A DNA stretch of 64,000 nucleotides, from contig JAHRHZ010000032.1 in NCBI GenBank assembly GCA_024137785.1, positions 124,001 through 188,000 on the forward strand, in the 5' to 3' direction. This document shows positions 1 through 13,475 of the stretch, piece by piece; the stretch's first letter is position 1; every line of letters starts with the position of its first letter. The notes beneath the pieces were generated by a model that was not told where the DNA came from, did no database searches, and saw only the letters and a program-made list of their open reading frames with translations. The position numbers and the translations under genes are program-made. Source of the DNA: Ginglymostoma cirratum. Taxonomy: Eukaryota.

Positions 1-89
1 TTAGTACAGTAAAGTGGCGGTGAGAAGAGGCTTAATACTAAGTCGTAATTAAATATTTAAAACAAAAGATTAGATTGCGGGTGACGTGA

Positions 90-3000
90 TAGAAGAATGT
101 GGGAGCTCTTGGATTCCAGTGTGATCCAGGGTAAACATGTTGTAAATTTTTGCAGCTTAAGCAGCATTGGTTCAGAGCTTATGAGCTGGAATCTAAGTTA
201 TCAACACTGCAATACATTAGGGAAGAAGTTACCTGGATGCTTTATTCCAGGAGGCTATAATGCCCATCAGAATAGGGTCTTCTGATTTGGTCACTGATCA
301 GGAAACGGAGTGTTTGATTGCAATTGTCCAACAGGTTTGAGGTTCTGTCGGCTTGTTTTGATCGGAGTTAAGTGCTGCAGGGTGAATGAGCTAATCGCCC
401 ATGGCACCGTGATACGCAATGAATGTTTTAACAGGCACCTGTATAATGAGGGAGATTGACAATGCAAAATACATTTGACGAGAGGCTGCGTTAGTTGCTC
501 AGTGCCAGAATTTGGCACATCCACTCAAGGTTGGAGTGGGAGAGGGAGGATCCAGCTGTCATAGTCCATGAAGGTGCCAACATCATAAGCAAGACAAAGA
601 AGGAGGCTCTCCACAGTCAGTTTGAGGATCCAGATATTAAAAAGCTGAATCTCAAAGTTTCTGTCACATGAAATCAGCATAGGTTAACTAATGAATACAC
701 AGCTGAAAGTCCACTGTAGAAAAAATGAGTTCTATATCTTGGAGCATGAAACCAGTGCTGGAAATGTAGCTACCGTACCAGTTGTATGATCTACAGCAGA
801 CTGTGCAGAGACCAGTCCTCTACCCAGCTACATAACTAGAGAAGTAGAGGTGGTTTTTAAACCAATGCAGGCAAGGGATCAAATTTGGAAAGATGTGGCA
901 AATCAGTGAATGGACCGTAAGACATAGGAGCAGAAATTAGGCCATTCCACCCATCGAGTCTGTTCCACCATTCAATCATGGCTGATAAGTTCCTCAACCC
1001 CATTCTCCTGCTTTCTCCCCGTAACCCTTGATAATCAAGAACCTATCTATCTCAGTCTTAAATGTACTCAATGACCTGGCCTCCACAGCCTTCTGTGGCA
1101 GTAAATTCCATAGATTCACCACTCTCTGGCTGAAGAAGTTTCTCCTTATCTCCATTCTAAAAGGTCTTCCCTTTACTCTAAGGCTGTGCCCTCGGGTTCT
1201 AGTCTCTCCTACAAATAAAAACATCTTCCCAACATCCACTCAGTCCAGGCCATTCAGTATTCTGTAAGTTTCAATTAGATCCCCCCTCATCCTTCTAAAC
1301 TCCAATGAGTATAGTCCCAGAGTCCTCAAATGTTCCTCATATGTTAAGCTTTTCATTCCTGGGACCATTCTTGTGAACCTCCTCTGAACACCTTCCAGGG
1401 CCAATACATCCTTCCTGAGATATGGGGCCCAAAACTGCACATAATACTCCAAATGTGGCCTGACCAGAGCCTTATAAAGCCTCAGTAGTACATCCCTACT
1501 TTTATATTCAAGTCCTCTCAAAATAAACACCAACATTGCATTTGCCTTCTTGACTACTGACTCAACCTGCAAGTTTACCTTGAGAGAATCCTGGACTAGA
1601 ACTCCCAAGTCTGTTTGCACTTTAGACTTCTGAATTTTCTCCCCGTTTAGAAAATAGTCCATGCTTTTATTCTTCTTTCCAAAGTGCATGACCTCACACT
1701 TTCCCACGTTGTACTCCATCTGCCACTTCTTTGCCCACTCTCCTAACCTGTCCAAATCCTTCTGCAGCCTCCCCGCCTCCTCAATACTACCTGTCCCTCC
1801 ACCTACCTTTGTATCATCTGCAAACTTAGGCAGAATGCCCTTAGTTCCTTCATCTAGATCATTAATGTATAAAACAAAACGTTGTGGTCCCAGCACTGAC
1901 CCTTGTGGAACACCACTTGTCACTGGCTGCCATCCTGAGAAAGACCCTTTTATCCTCAATCTCTGCTTTCTGCCAGACAGCCAATCTTCGATCCATGCCA
2001 GCACCTTGCCTCTAACACCATGGGCCCTTATCTTACTCAACAGCCTCCTGTACAGCACCTTGTCAAAGGCCTTCTTGAAGTCCAGGTAGATAACATCCAT
2101 TGGCTCTCCTTGGTCTACCCTGCTCATTACTTCCTTAAAGAATTCTAGCAGATTTGTCAGGCATGGCCTCCCCTTGACGAAACCAGGCAGACTTTGCCCT
2201 ATTTTACCATGCACTTCCAAGTATTCTGAAACCTCATTCTTCACATTGGACTCTAAGATCTTAGCCATGACTGAGGTTAGGCTAGTCGGCCTGTAATTTT
2301 CAGTCTTTTGCCTTACTCCCTTTTTAAACGGGGGTGTCACATTAGCAATTTTCCAGTCCTCTGGGGCCTTCCCTGACTCTAGTGATTCCTGGAAGATCAT
2401 CACTATTGCTTCCAATATTTGTTCAGCTATCTCCTTTAGAACTCTGGGGTGTAGTCCATCTGGTCCAGGTTATTTGTCCACCTTCAGGCCAATCAGTTTT
2501 ACTAGCACCTTCTCCTTGGTGATGGCCACTATATTCAGCTCTGTCCTGTGACTCTCTTGAATTTTTGGGAGATTACTCGTGTCTTCCACTGTGAAGACTG
2601 ACACAAAGTAATTATTCAGTTCCTCAGCCATTTCCTTGTTCCCCATTACTATCTCTCCACCATCATTTTCCAGTGCTCCAATGCCCCCTTTTGCCTCTCT
2701 TTTGCCCTTTATGTATCTGAAGAAACTCTTACAGTCTTGGTTTATATTACTGGCTAGCTCACCCTCATATTTAATCTCCTTCCTCCTTATTTTTTTTTTG
2801 TTGCCCTCTGTCGGTTTTTGTAAGTTTCCCAGTCCTCTGGTTTCCCACTGCCATTTGCCACATTACATGCTTTCTCTTTTGCTAATATGCCATCCCCAAC
2901 TTCCTTAGTCAGCCATGGTTGCCTCATCCTCCCTGTACCATGCTTCTTTTTCCTAGGGATGAATTTTTGCTGTGTCTCCTGAATTACTCCCAGAAACTCA

Positions 3001-5700
3001 TGCCATTGCTGTTCCACTTTCTTTCCTGCTAGGCTCCTCTTCCAGTCAATTCTGCCCAGCTCCTCCCTCATATCTGGAGTAAAGGTGGAAAACAAATGAA
3101 GTATTCTGTAAAATGAAAAACAAATTATGATAGGAATGGACAGAGATACAGAGTCAATCAACAAAAATAAGACTTGAGGTTACAAAAGTAGTAAAAGTAC
3201 AAAACTAAAGGACCTATATATATGAATACATATAGCGTGGGGAACAAACCAGGTGGAAGTGATGGCACAAAAAGGAAATGTCAAAATCATAGCTGTAGAT
3301 CTGACGCAGATCTGGGACCTGAATATCAAAAGATGAAACAATGGGGCCTTGCCAGAAATATCTGCTGATAACCTAGGGAGATTTTAATGTGCACATAGAC
3401 TGGAAAAATAAGATAGACAGAGATAATGTAGATGAGTTGTTAGGATGCTTTAGAGATGGTTGTTTAGAGAAGCATGTTCTGGAGCCAACCAGAGAGCAGG
3501 GTATACCAGAATTAGTTTGTGGATTGTGATAAGATTAATTAAATATCTCCATAGTGAAGGCATGTTTAAATAAAAGTGACCATAATATGATTGAATTTTA
3601 GATTGAGCTGGAGGGAGAGAAGACTGGGTGAACCAGTAAATTAGATTTAAATATGAGGAATTATGAGGGTGTGAATGTGAAACTGGCTAATTAGGTTAAA
3701 GGACAGGTCATTAGAGATGCAGTGGCAGAAATTTGACAGGATATTTCATGAATTACAATAGATATGTTCCAATGAGTGAGAAAAAATCTAAGGGATGGGC
3801 CCACTATCTGTGGTTAATTAAAATGGTTAAAGATAGTATCAAACTTTTTAAAAAATGTATAGTTACCATACACAAAGATGGGTAGCAGGTCAGAAGACTG
3901 GGCAGAATATAAAAGACAGCAAACAGTGACTGAAAGATTAATAGGGAGAAAATGGAGTCTGAGAGAAAGCTAGCTTGACATATCAAAATAAATTGTAAGA
4001 ATTCCTGTAAGTACATAAAGAAGAAAAGAGTTAACAAAGATATGTGTTGGTGCTGTAGAAAGTGAGTCTGTTTAATTAATAATGGAAAATAAGGAGATGG
4101 CAAATGAATTTAGCAGATATTTTGCAGTCATGTTGACTATAGAGGATACAACTTATATCCCAGAATCAACTGTAAACCAAGAAATGGAAGGGAGGGAGGA
4201 ACTCAAAAGTACAATTAGGAGCGAAGCAGTACTCAGCAAATTCTTGGAGCTGTGGGTTGACAGGTCCCGACCCACTGATGAACTTTATCCTAGGGCCTTA
4301 AATGAAGTGATCAGCGAGATAATTGATGCAATGATTTTTATTTTCCTGAATTCTGTAGATTCAGGGAAGGTTCCATGAGAATGGAAAATAACAAATGTTT
4401 TTTTTCACAAAGGGAGGGGGACAGTAGCAAACTAGAGGCCCAGTGGATTAAAATATGTCATAGGAAAGATATTAGAAACTATTATGAAAGACATTATAGT
4501 AGGAAACTTAGAAAAAGCCATGGTAATGAGGTAAACTCAACATTGTTTTGTGGAGGCAAATCATGTTTTGTGAATCTATTAAAGTTCTCTAAGGAAGTAA
4601 TGTCTTGTGGATAAAAGGAACCAATGCATTTGCTTTGCTGACATTTCCAGAAGTCACTTGATAAAGTGCTAAAGTTTATTATAGAAAATAAAAGCTCATG
4701 ATGTAGATGGTTGACATATTGGCATAGACAGATGATTATTTCCTATTAGCTGGCGAGAGAGCAGGTGTAATAATTTATTGTCTGGATTGTGAGATGAAAT
4801 GAGTGGTATGCCACAGGGATCAAGGCTACGGCCTCAACTTCTTGCTGTATAAATAAATAGCTTGGATGGAGGGATGAAGGTATTGTTCTAAATTTGCGGA
4901 TGACACATAGGTGGCAAATTCTGTTGTGAAAAGGAAATAAGGAGGCTGCAAGAAGTTAATTTAAATGAATGAACAAAGATCTGGCAAAGGAGCATAATGT
5001 GGAAAAGTATAACATTTTGGCAGGCAGAATAAAGAGGATACATGTTATCTAAATTGAGATATCACAGACCTCTAACACGCAGAAGGATCTGAGTGGCAGA
5101 ATGCGTGGATTTGCCAAAGGTTAATGTGCAGGTACAGCTAGTAATTGAGAACATTAATAGAATGTTATTGTTTGTGAGAAGGTGCATTGAATGCAAAAAC
5201 ACATGTTATGCTTAAATGCAGGGCATTTGTGAGACCATATCTGCAATACTGTGTACAGTATTAATTATTTTATTTAACAAAGTATGTGAATGTGTTGGAG
5301 GCAGTTCAGAGAAGACTTGCAAGACTAATACCTGTAATAAATGGGTTATCTTAGATGGAAAGTTTGAGCAGGCTAGGCTTGTATGGTGACTTGATTGAAA
5401 CATCAAAAGACTTGTGTCTTAACAGGTCTTGACAGGGTGAAAAGGATGTTTCTGCTTTGAGGAGAATCTAGAACTGCAGGTTACCATGGGAAAGATCAGG
5501 AATTGACCATTTATAATAGATAAATTTGATAAAGAGAATCTTCAATGATGTTTGAGGGTCTTTGGAGCGCTCTCCCTATAAAGGCAGTGGAAACAGAGTC
5601 TTTGAATGTTTTTGTGGTGGATAGCTTCTTAATGAGCAAGGACATGCAAGGTGATCTTATTAAATGGTGGAACAGGCTTGCAAAACTGAATAACATATGT
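90..5700 (+). mobile_element. Old degenerate CR1 LINE (ORF1 esterase, endonuclease and RT remnants), interrupted by a younger CR1 at ~915-3072
   Basis: ORF1-like remnants near 500-800. Endonuclease remnants (GDFN-, SDH-like) at 3370-3600. ORF2 fragment 4082-4378 and a decayed FADD near 4895. Confidence 0.75.
915..3072 (-). mobile_element. Younger 5'-truncated CR1 LINE (RT domain, premature stops)
   Basis: ORF 1240-2415 has YLDFKKAFDKV, GVPQGSVLGP and KFADD. The C-terminus continues in 994-1239 (RRNFFSQRVVNLWN). Confidence 0.95.
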
Positions 5701-5719
5701 TCTTATGCTGACCAAATGC

Positions 5720-6200
5720 CCAATTGGAATTAATGAATGGCTCATGACTATATGCCTTCAGCCTGATGGCAACCTGTGGGTCACAATTATCATTGCTTAT
5801 CCTTCACCCTCAATTCTACTGACAAGTTCTTCTACATCTGTATTGATAGCCATCCCAAACAAGACTAACTGATTCCACTGGAAAATTTTAACGCTAGAAT
5901 TGAACACAATTCCTGTCTGGGAATACATCTTCAGGAAAGGAGTCTGGACATCAAATATTAGTAATCTTTGCGTCCTCTGCAATAATCATGGAGTTACCAT
6001 CAGAAACACTCACTTCTATCATTAAGGTAAATACAACATGGAAGCATTGCTGATCCAAGCGCTGGCACCTCCAGGATTGTATCATTGTCCATATCAGTGA
6101 TTGGAATCACCTGTTGCTCCAGGATTGGCCTACTGCATTTCCCTGAAGGGACAATTCATGAAGTCTAGCGAACGCCATTCTGACTTCAAGGAGCTGACAA
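5720..6200 (+). mobile_element. RTE-clade LINE endonuclease remnant
   Basis: Hand translation gives PIGINExLMT, NFNARI and TWKHxxSKRWHLQDCIIV-like motifs. Confidence 0.7.
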
Positions 6201-6299
6201 TTTGATAATGGCAACAGCAAATAACAACACTCTTCCACAATGAATTAGCTACATCTGTGACTCCCTTTATAAAAGTTTTCTCAGTATTACCTCCACTAT

Positions 6300-7630
6300 T
6301 GAAGGTGATTAGTCTGAAAGTAATATATCACAAAAATAAAGAAATACATTTTAATAAAACTTGGAACACGGATGAAACTGGGTACGCAAATACAGTTTGA
6401 CCAAGGAAAGACTGATTAGTTTAGGCAAAGATAGAGGTGCAGATCCTGGAACTTTTTTTGAAGGATCCAAACTTTAATATTGGGAGATAAGGTAAATTGT
6501 TTTTATTTTGGTCACAGCTATTAAAATGTGAGCAGCATTCAGAGCAGTTTGTTGCATGTGGATTGATCAGAAGCTTCCACAGTAAGAATTGGCCCACGAA
6601 CAAGAAGCAGAGATTGTTGTAAATTGGTGTTTTTCGTGCTGGCATGATGTAATTAATGGAGCACTACAGGGATTGGTGCTGGGACCTCAACTGTTTATAA
6701 TTTATAGAAATGAATTAGATGGAGTGATGAAGGTATAGTTGCCAAATTTGCTGAAAGGTAGGAAAGTAATTTGTGAAGAGGACACAAGGAGGTAACAAAA
6801 AGATAAAAGGTAGGTTAAGTAAACAGGTAAAGATGTGGCAAATTGATTATAATGTGGGAAATGTGAAATTGTCCATTTTGGCTGTAAATATATGAACTAA
6901 ATTGTGAGAGATTGCAGAGCTCTGGATGGAAAGGGATCTAGGTCTCCTCATGTACAAATGACGCTTGCAGGTATAACAAGTAATTAGGAAACCTATTAGA
7001 ATCTTATCACTTATCCCAAGGGGAATTGAGTACACAATTAGGGAGGTAATGCTTCAGTTATAAGGGGCTCTACTGAGGCTGCATCTGGAGTACTGTGCAC
7101 AGTATTGGTCACCTTATTCAAAGGAATGATGTAAATGCATCGGAGGCAATTCAAAAATAGTTTATGACACTAATAGACTAGACTGGAATGGGCAGGCTAT
7201 GTTGTGAGGAAGGTTTGTACAGGCTGGGCTTGAATCCACTGGAATTTAGAAGAGTAAGAGATGGCTTGATTGAAACATAAATCCTAAAGGGTCTTGACAG
7301 CAGAAAGGATGTTTCCTCTTTATAGAGAATTAGGAACAAGGGTACACTTTAAATATCAGGCTTGTCCATTTATAATGAAGATTGAGCAAAGTATTTTTGG
7401 AGCGTCAGGACTCTTTGAAACTTCCTTCCTGAAAAGATGGCCGAAGCAGAATCCTTGAATAATTTTAACATAGACATGCATAGGTTCTTGCTAAGCAAGG
7501 GGTTGAAAGATTATCAGGGATCAATGGGAATGTGGATATGAAGTTACAATCAGAGTAGTCACCTCAATGAATGAAGAGTACTGTCAAGGGTTTGAATGGC
7601 CTACTCATGCTCTTGGTTCATATGTATGTT
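6300..7630 (+). mobile_element. Degenerate CR1 3' half
   Basis: Decayed QGxVLGP, KFA and LEYCAQYWSP motifs plus a CR1 3' UTR. Confidence 0.8.
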
Positions 7631-8899
7631 TGTCATGGAGCTCTTAGTGAAAAGATTTATTGTTTCTAGCTTTGTAATTACAGCATCAGCCTGGCAGGAA
7701 GAGTCTCAAGGACAAGCTGCTTAATTCACAGGTATGTGCTGAATTGAATGCCCTCTTGTCTTCATTTGTAATTTACAATAATAACTTAAAGGCTTGGTGC
7801 TCCATCTTATTTCATGTTTGTATTTTATACTGTTATCTGATAATCAACTTGCCGCATCACTTGAAAGAACAAATGAACTAGTCAGCTTTGGTGCATCACA
7901 AGCAGGGATTATTTATGACATCTAACTAACTATTTCCTTTCTCATTCTTACAGAAGATTAAGATGAAAACTGAAATTGTGCCTTTTCAAGGCTGTCAAGA
8001 TTATCTTGTCTATTTCAGAATTTAAGCTATTCAGTGTAAATGTATCCATTTATAACACATCCTCTTGAGATAATGCTTTCTTAGCTCATGATTAATTTAC
8101 CATAAAGCATCCTTTTGTTGCTCTAACTGTTCTCAAAATGATATCAATTTTGATGTGGTTATGACAGCTGATGGAAAAGCCACTGGACTTCACAAAAAAT
8201 AGGATTCTCCTTAAGGGTAAAGAATCAAAGGATTATTAACCAATCTAGATAGCTACTCCTTTAATACAGAAAAATAGACAGGTGTCACGGACAACATTAC
8301 GTCTTAAATACATGAAATTGTAAAATGAACAATGATTAAAATTTCCTTTAAACAACCATAAAACAAAGCAAAAAAAAAATCATATCTCATCAATTAGGCC
8401 CACATTCAAAATAAGTTAACAAATTGCCTCCTGGATTATTTGTTCAAATTTTAAAAATCGAACAGGGTGTTACATTTCTTGAGAATGAAGATTATCTGTT
8501 CATTCCTTTTTATGATCTTCAGGTAATGCATTAATTTCAAAACTAGAAACTAATTGCACAGCCTATGAATAATATTTAGTTTTTTCATGGATATATTACT
8601 TTATAACAAACTTTTTTTACTGTGCATTCAAAACACAATTAAGATTATGGTGAATTTGGTGCAATTATTAGAAAACAAAGGAAGATACTTTACTAAGCAA
8701 ATAGGATGGCAAACAAAACAATGTTTGGTAAGGCACATTAAGGTGATTAGTAGTAGGTGTCGTTGAGTTAGTTAGTTCTTATGGAAATGTTACCCAGAAG
8801 CAGAAACTGAAGCTGGATTACTAACATCATTTTGATCTTTAATTTAACCACAATAATAGTTGAATTATTCATTGAATTATTCCATCAAAGCATGTTTGT

Positions 8900-9480
8900 A
8901 AGAAATATTGGAAATTTACAGCACATTAGGCCCATCATGTCGATACTGCCAGAAAAAAAGACTCAGTTGGCCTAATCTCACTTTCCAGCTCTTGGTCCAT
9001 TAACCTGTAATCTATGGCATTTCAAGTGCATATTGAAGAATTATTTAAGTTCAATAAGGATTTCTGCATTGTTTACTCTTTCATACAGTGGGTTCCAGAC
9101 TCCCATGTCCCTTTGGGTGAAAAGCATTCTCCTCTACCCTCCTTTAATGCTTTTGCTAATTACTTTAAGTCAATGCTATTCATTATTGACCTCTCTCCTG
9201 GGAAAAATAAGTCTTTCTTTCCACTCTATCTGGGACCCTCATCATTTCATACACCTCAAATAAATCTCTATCAACCCTGTCAATTACAAGGAAAATAACC
9301 CCGGTCTATTTGAAAGAGGTATCCAATTAGTCCTGATTCACCACTCTTGCCCAGTAACACTGCTATATTTCCCTTTCAAGTAAATATTTTTGGAAGTCAT
9401 TATTGGCTCTGCTTTCATAACCTTTTCAGGCAATGTATTTCGGATCCTGATAGCTCATGTAAAAAAAATGTGACTCTCAC
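8900..9480 (-). mobile_element. CR1 3'-end fragments
   Basis: Resembles the CR1 3' ends seen elsewhere in the window. Confidence 0.6.
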
Positions 9481-9783
9481 ATGAGCTAGGTAGCCATTGC
9501 ATTTTCTGTATTAAATACAAAATTTGGCCGAAGACTGTGTAAGTAACAGAAAAACCTAATACTGTATAAAGGGACACAACCCTGAGAACCTTGGGTGACC
9601 TCAAATGGTTGTTAATTTTCTTTTCCTTCATGTTTAGAGTATGCCTGATCATCTAATTTTAAATAAATGTATTTTCATTAAAATGTATGTTTGTGTTGCT
9701 TGGTAACCTAAGATCAAAGCCTAAATATTGAAATAACGGAGGGAATTAAAATTAACTCTAAAATTTCTAGCCAAACTGAAATC

Positions 9784-10649
9784 TTTATTAGGAAGTTTAG
9801 CGACAAACGGATGCCTAGATGTGCTGAAAATCATTTGCTGAGAACTAATCGCGATTTTTTTTATTTGACTATGTTAAAGTCTAGAGGACGCTGGGTAAAT
9901 TGTTTTGCTTCTCAATTGGAGAGCTTTGCTTTTATCGCAACAAGAAAAGTGAGACTAGATAACTGCCAGGCAACATCTGAAAACCTAATTTCAGACAATA
10001 TCACTACATCTTCTACAATCTCATTGAAGTGCAAGAATTCAGTGGACAGCTAAAAAAATGTTTACAATTAAAAACATCTTGTTACTTTGCATTTCTAATA
10101 GTATTTACATGGCTTCTTATCTGTAGTTGTTTTCATACAAAAGTAATCCAAATAAGACTGTTCAGATTAAATTTTAATTCGTTTTCAGAGAAGGACTGAA
10201 AACCCTACTTCAATTTTGAAACCATCTCTTTACATTAGAGGCTGGTTATCTTTCAAAATGCCTATTTCCATTTGTTATGTTCGCTTCCTTTACTTTTAAA
10301 TACTTTCAGTATTGGAAAGATTTAAGTATGACATATGCAAAAATGCAACAAAAAAACTTTCAAAGATGCGTGTAAACTTAATCTATTCCATGTTACCTGA
10401 AAAACATCAACCAACACAACATGATCCATAGAAGGAAAATAAGGTTTCAGGCATTAAAACTGTCACTCAGAGTGCTGCTATTATAGTGATATTTTTAAAT
10501 CATGCAAATTGTAAAAAAACTGGGTTTTTCAAGTAAATAACTTTGTTGGGAACAATTTCTGAAATAACTTTGGTGCATGTAAAATGGAATTAATCCTCAA
10601 GGTTTTTCACTTTCTGTCATCATGGTGTTCCAATATCAATCACAGAATC
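9784..10649 (-). other. CD247: Candidate CD247 3' UTR
   Basis: Unique AT-rich sequence after the stop. Minus-strand ATTAAA at 10173-10178 and AATAAA at 9860-9865 and 9784-9789. The true 3' end is not determinable. Confidence 0.4.
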
Positions 10650-10733
10650 TCAGCGACGAGGGGCTGAAGGGACAGCTGGTAATGGCTGCATTTGCAGTTG
10701 GTCATATGTGTCTTGCGTAGCTGTACTCAGTCC
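10650..10733 (-). CDS. CD247: CD3-zeta exon 8 (last coding exon): GLSTATQDTYDQLQMQPLPAVPSAPRR*
   Basis: Minus strand reads ttttgcag|GGACTGAGTACAGCTACG...CGTCGCTGA. It matches the human last exon [21 protein letters not shown]. Phase 0 acceptor; completes ITAM3 (YQGL-x7-YDQL). Confidence 0.96.
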   Translation of the reverse strand, partial: GLSTATQDTYDQLQMQPLPAVPSAPRR

Positions 10734-11789
10734 CTGCAAAATAGTTCCATAAGATTGTTAGCTCATTGAGTATATCAAAAGGGAATACATTTCTCTCAAT
10801 ACATTTTGCTCTGCAGAGATAATTTTCTTGCAGGAAATGTGGGCTTGCACAGAGCAATCATCAAGGATTCCTGCTCAGCTTCCTGATTTTTCAGCAGATA
10901 ATTCCAACGCATATAACAATCTGCCATGAGCATAGGATTACAGAAAATTGCTTTAAGTTGTTTCTATTTTCGATTTTCCTTAATAAAAGGACAGATTAAA
11001 AGCTCTCACATGAGAATCACTGTTGAACAGTGGTGCCTCAGGGTGAAAAAGTCAGAAATATAGTATGGAGAGGCAAGAAAATGCTGTTTTATTACCTTTA
11101 TAACTATTGATACATGCAGCTTCGGTTATTAGTATTTCAAGATTTTGAACAAGATGAGTACTTAATGCATGTTAATGAACAGATTTAACAACCTGTAAAG
11201 TGGACATAAATAACAGACGAAGGAATGGTTAAGCAGGTTGTGTGTCTGAAGGATGATGTGTTTGACTTTGTGGATGACAATACTAAAACTGAACATGCCT
11301 ATGATAAATGTTTCCATCTCGAATCTCTGGCTTATGATTCATTGAACTGAACTGCAAGTTGACATAAGGAAGGGGAGCAGTACCTAGGCAGTTTACTCAA
11401 GACATCAGACGTATTTCATGGAGAGGTGCAGGTTTTGAATAGAGTTGGTACAAAAATAATATGCTGAGTAATGGGAGGGAGGGGAATCTTTGGAGAGTGA
11501 AGAATCATAGAAACTAATCCTATCCAACAACATTGATGTACTTGCTACATTTGAAGGTGGGGATAAAGACAGTTGGAAGGATGCCTGAAATGTGAACCAA
11601 ATGTCAATTATTTAGATCCCACTTTCTGGCATTCAAGAGCAGGATTTTGCAGACTGAAACTCTGAGCCACATGAAAATTGGCAAAGGGAAAAGCAGGTTA
11701 GGAAGGTGAAGGAAGGTGAACACATGACTTAAGGAGTGAGAAAGATGGATCCTATTTCATGGGTACTGGACACAGTACTGGGCTAGAAA

Positions 11790-12595
11790 AACACCCTTGA
11801 CCACAAGTCCATCACACAGTTCTCAGCATGTAGTGTCCCCAAGACCCCTCCAGAAAAGGACAAAGTGGACCTTGACCCATGATTTCCTGAGCAGACTGTC
11901 AAAGTCATTTGGCAGAATGCCTCATCGCCAAAACTTTCCAACAAGCACCCAGCTGCCCTTGAACTGGCTCTGGTAGGTGGGTGAGACTGTCACACATCTC
12001 CTTCTGGAATGTGCCTTTGCAAAGGAAGTTTGGAGAGAGATGCAACGGGTTGATGTTTGTTTGAGGTTCATCCTGAGCAGCTCTGTGACGCAGGACGTGC
12101 TATACAGTCTGTTCTCTGGGATGTACACGGAGAAAAACATTGACTTCACCTGGAAGACCATCATCTCGGTGAAAGATGCTCTTTGATCTGCCCGAATCCT
12201 GCTGGTCTTCCAGTTGAAAGAGATGACCCTGACTGAGTGTTGCAGACTGGCACATTCCAAGGTCCAGGACTCTGTGCTGAGGGAGGCAGTAAAGCATGGG
12301 GCAGCTGCTGCCAAGGCACAGTGGGGAAAGACCACTGTCTGAGGGCTTTTTGCTAAAGTACTATGGGGCTTCATTTAGTTATCGGACACCCCCAATGCCT
12401 CAGATACATAAATACTTCCTAGTACCTAGTGTAATTAAGAAAAGCTTTTAGATTAGCTGTAATTATCGAGAAAGTTAAACCCCAACGTTTGTTCTCTTCT
12501 CTGTATGCAAAAACTGTACAGATCGGAACTGTTTTAGTAACTGTGTATGTACATAAAGATTTTCTTTTTTATGAATAAAATGTATTTTTGCAAAA
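11790..12595 (+). mobile_element. Tx1/L1-group LINE 3' end (partial zf-RVT knuckle, 3' UTR, polyA signal)
   Basis: ETVTHLLLECAFAKEVW...WKTIISVKDAL...AAAKAQWGKTTV*; AATAAA at 12574-12579. Confidence 0.85.
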
Positions 12596-13475
12596 GAAAT
12601 TATAATACAGAACCAGTTTATGCACCCTCTAAAAACAAAACATGGAAAACTCTAGTGAAAAGAGACAACATAAAACTAAAAGGAAAAGCACACAAAAATA
12701 TAAAAAATCCTGGCCATTCGAAAAAATACAAGTAAAAGCAAAGCACGACAAAATGTATACAGCTACAGAAAGGGAAAGTGAAAAAAATGTATTAGATATC
12801 CAAGATCAACACAGAAATGTTCAATAATCGTTAGGATAAAGCAAGTGGCTGCCAGCAATGTGGATCCCTTGGAAAGTGATGACAGTGATAAACAGTAGGA
12901 ATATGGAAATAGTGAACGAACTGAATAATCTATTTGTATCATAAGAACTGACAGTCGAACAGCAGATGAATCTACCAGACAGTGTAAGGAAAATAAGATT
13001 GAATCAGAGATTAAAAAAGTAAAATAGCAATAGTGAAGACTATAATGACATTAAAATAGTCACAGACACCAGGACCAGATGATTCTATCCCAGGGTTTCA
13101 AAATAAGTTGAAAATTGAAGGTGTCCTATCATTACCAAAGTTCTATCAATTTGGAGACTGTGAATTTAGATTGAAAATTGTGTCGCTCCTTAAGAAATGA
13201 GACAGTGGAAAACCAGTTAGTCTAACACCTGACCTATTTGAAATTTTCAACTGATCAGAGAGAGTCAGCATGGATTGAAACAGTAAGAGATGCCTGATGA
13301 ATCTGAGTAAATGTTATGAAGAGGTGACCGAAGTAATACACGGGAGAATGTCTAAGGTTTTTAGTTATTTTGCTTCCTGAAGCAATTTGATAAAATGCCT
13401 CATGGAAATGTCGCTACAATTGAAGTTTATAGAATTGGAGTGCTGGTTAGATGATGCGGTAGTGGTAATGCCACT

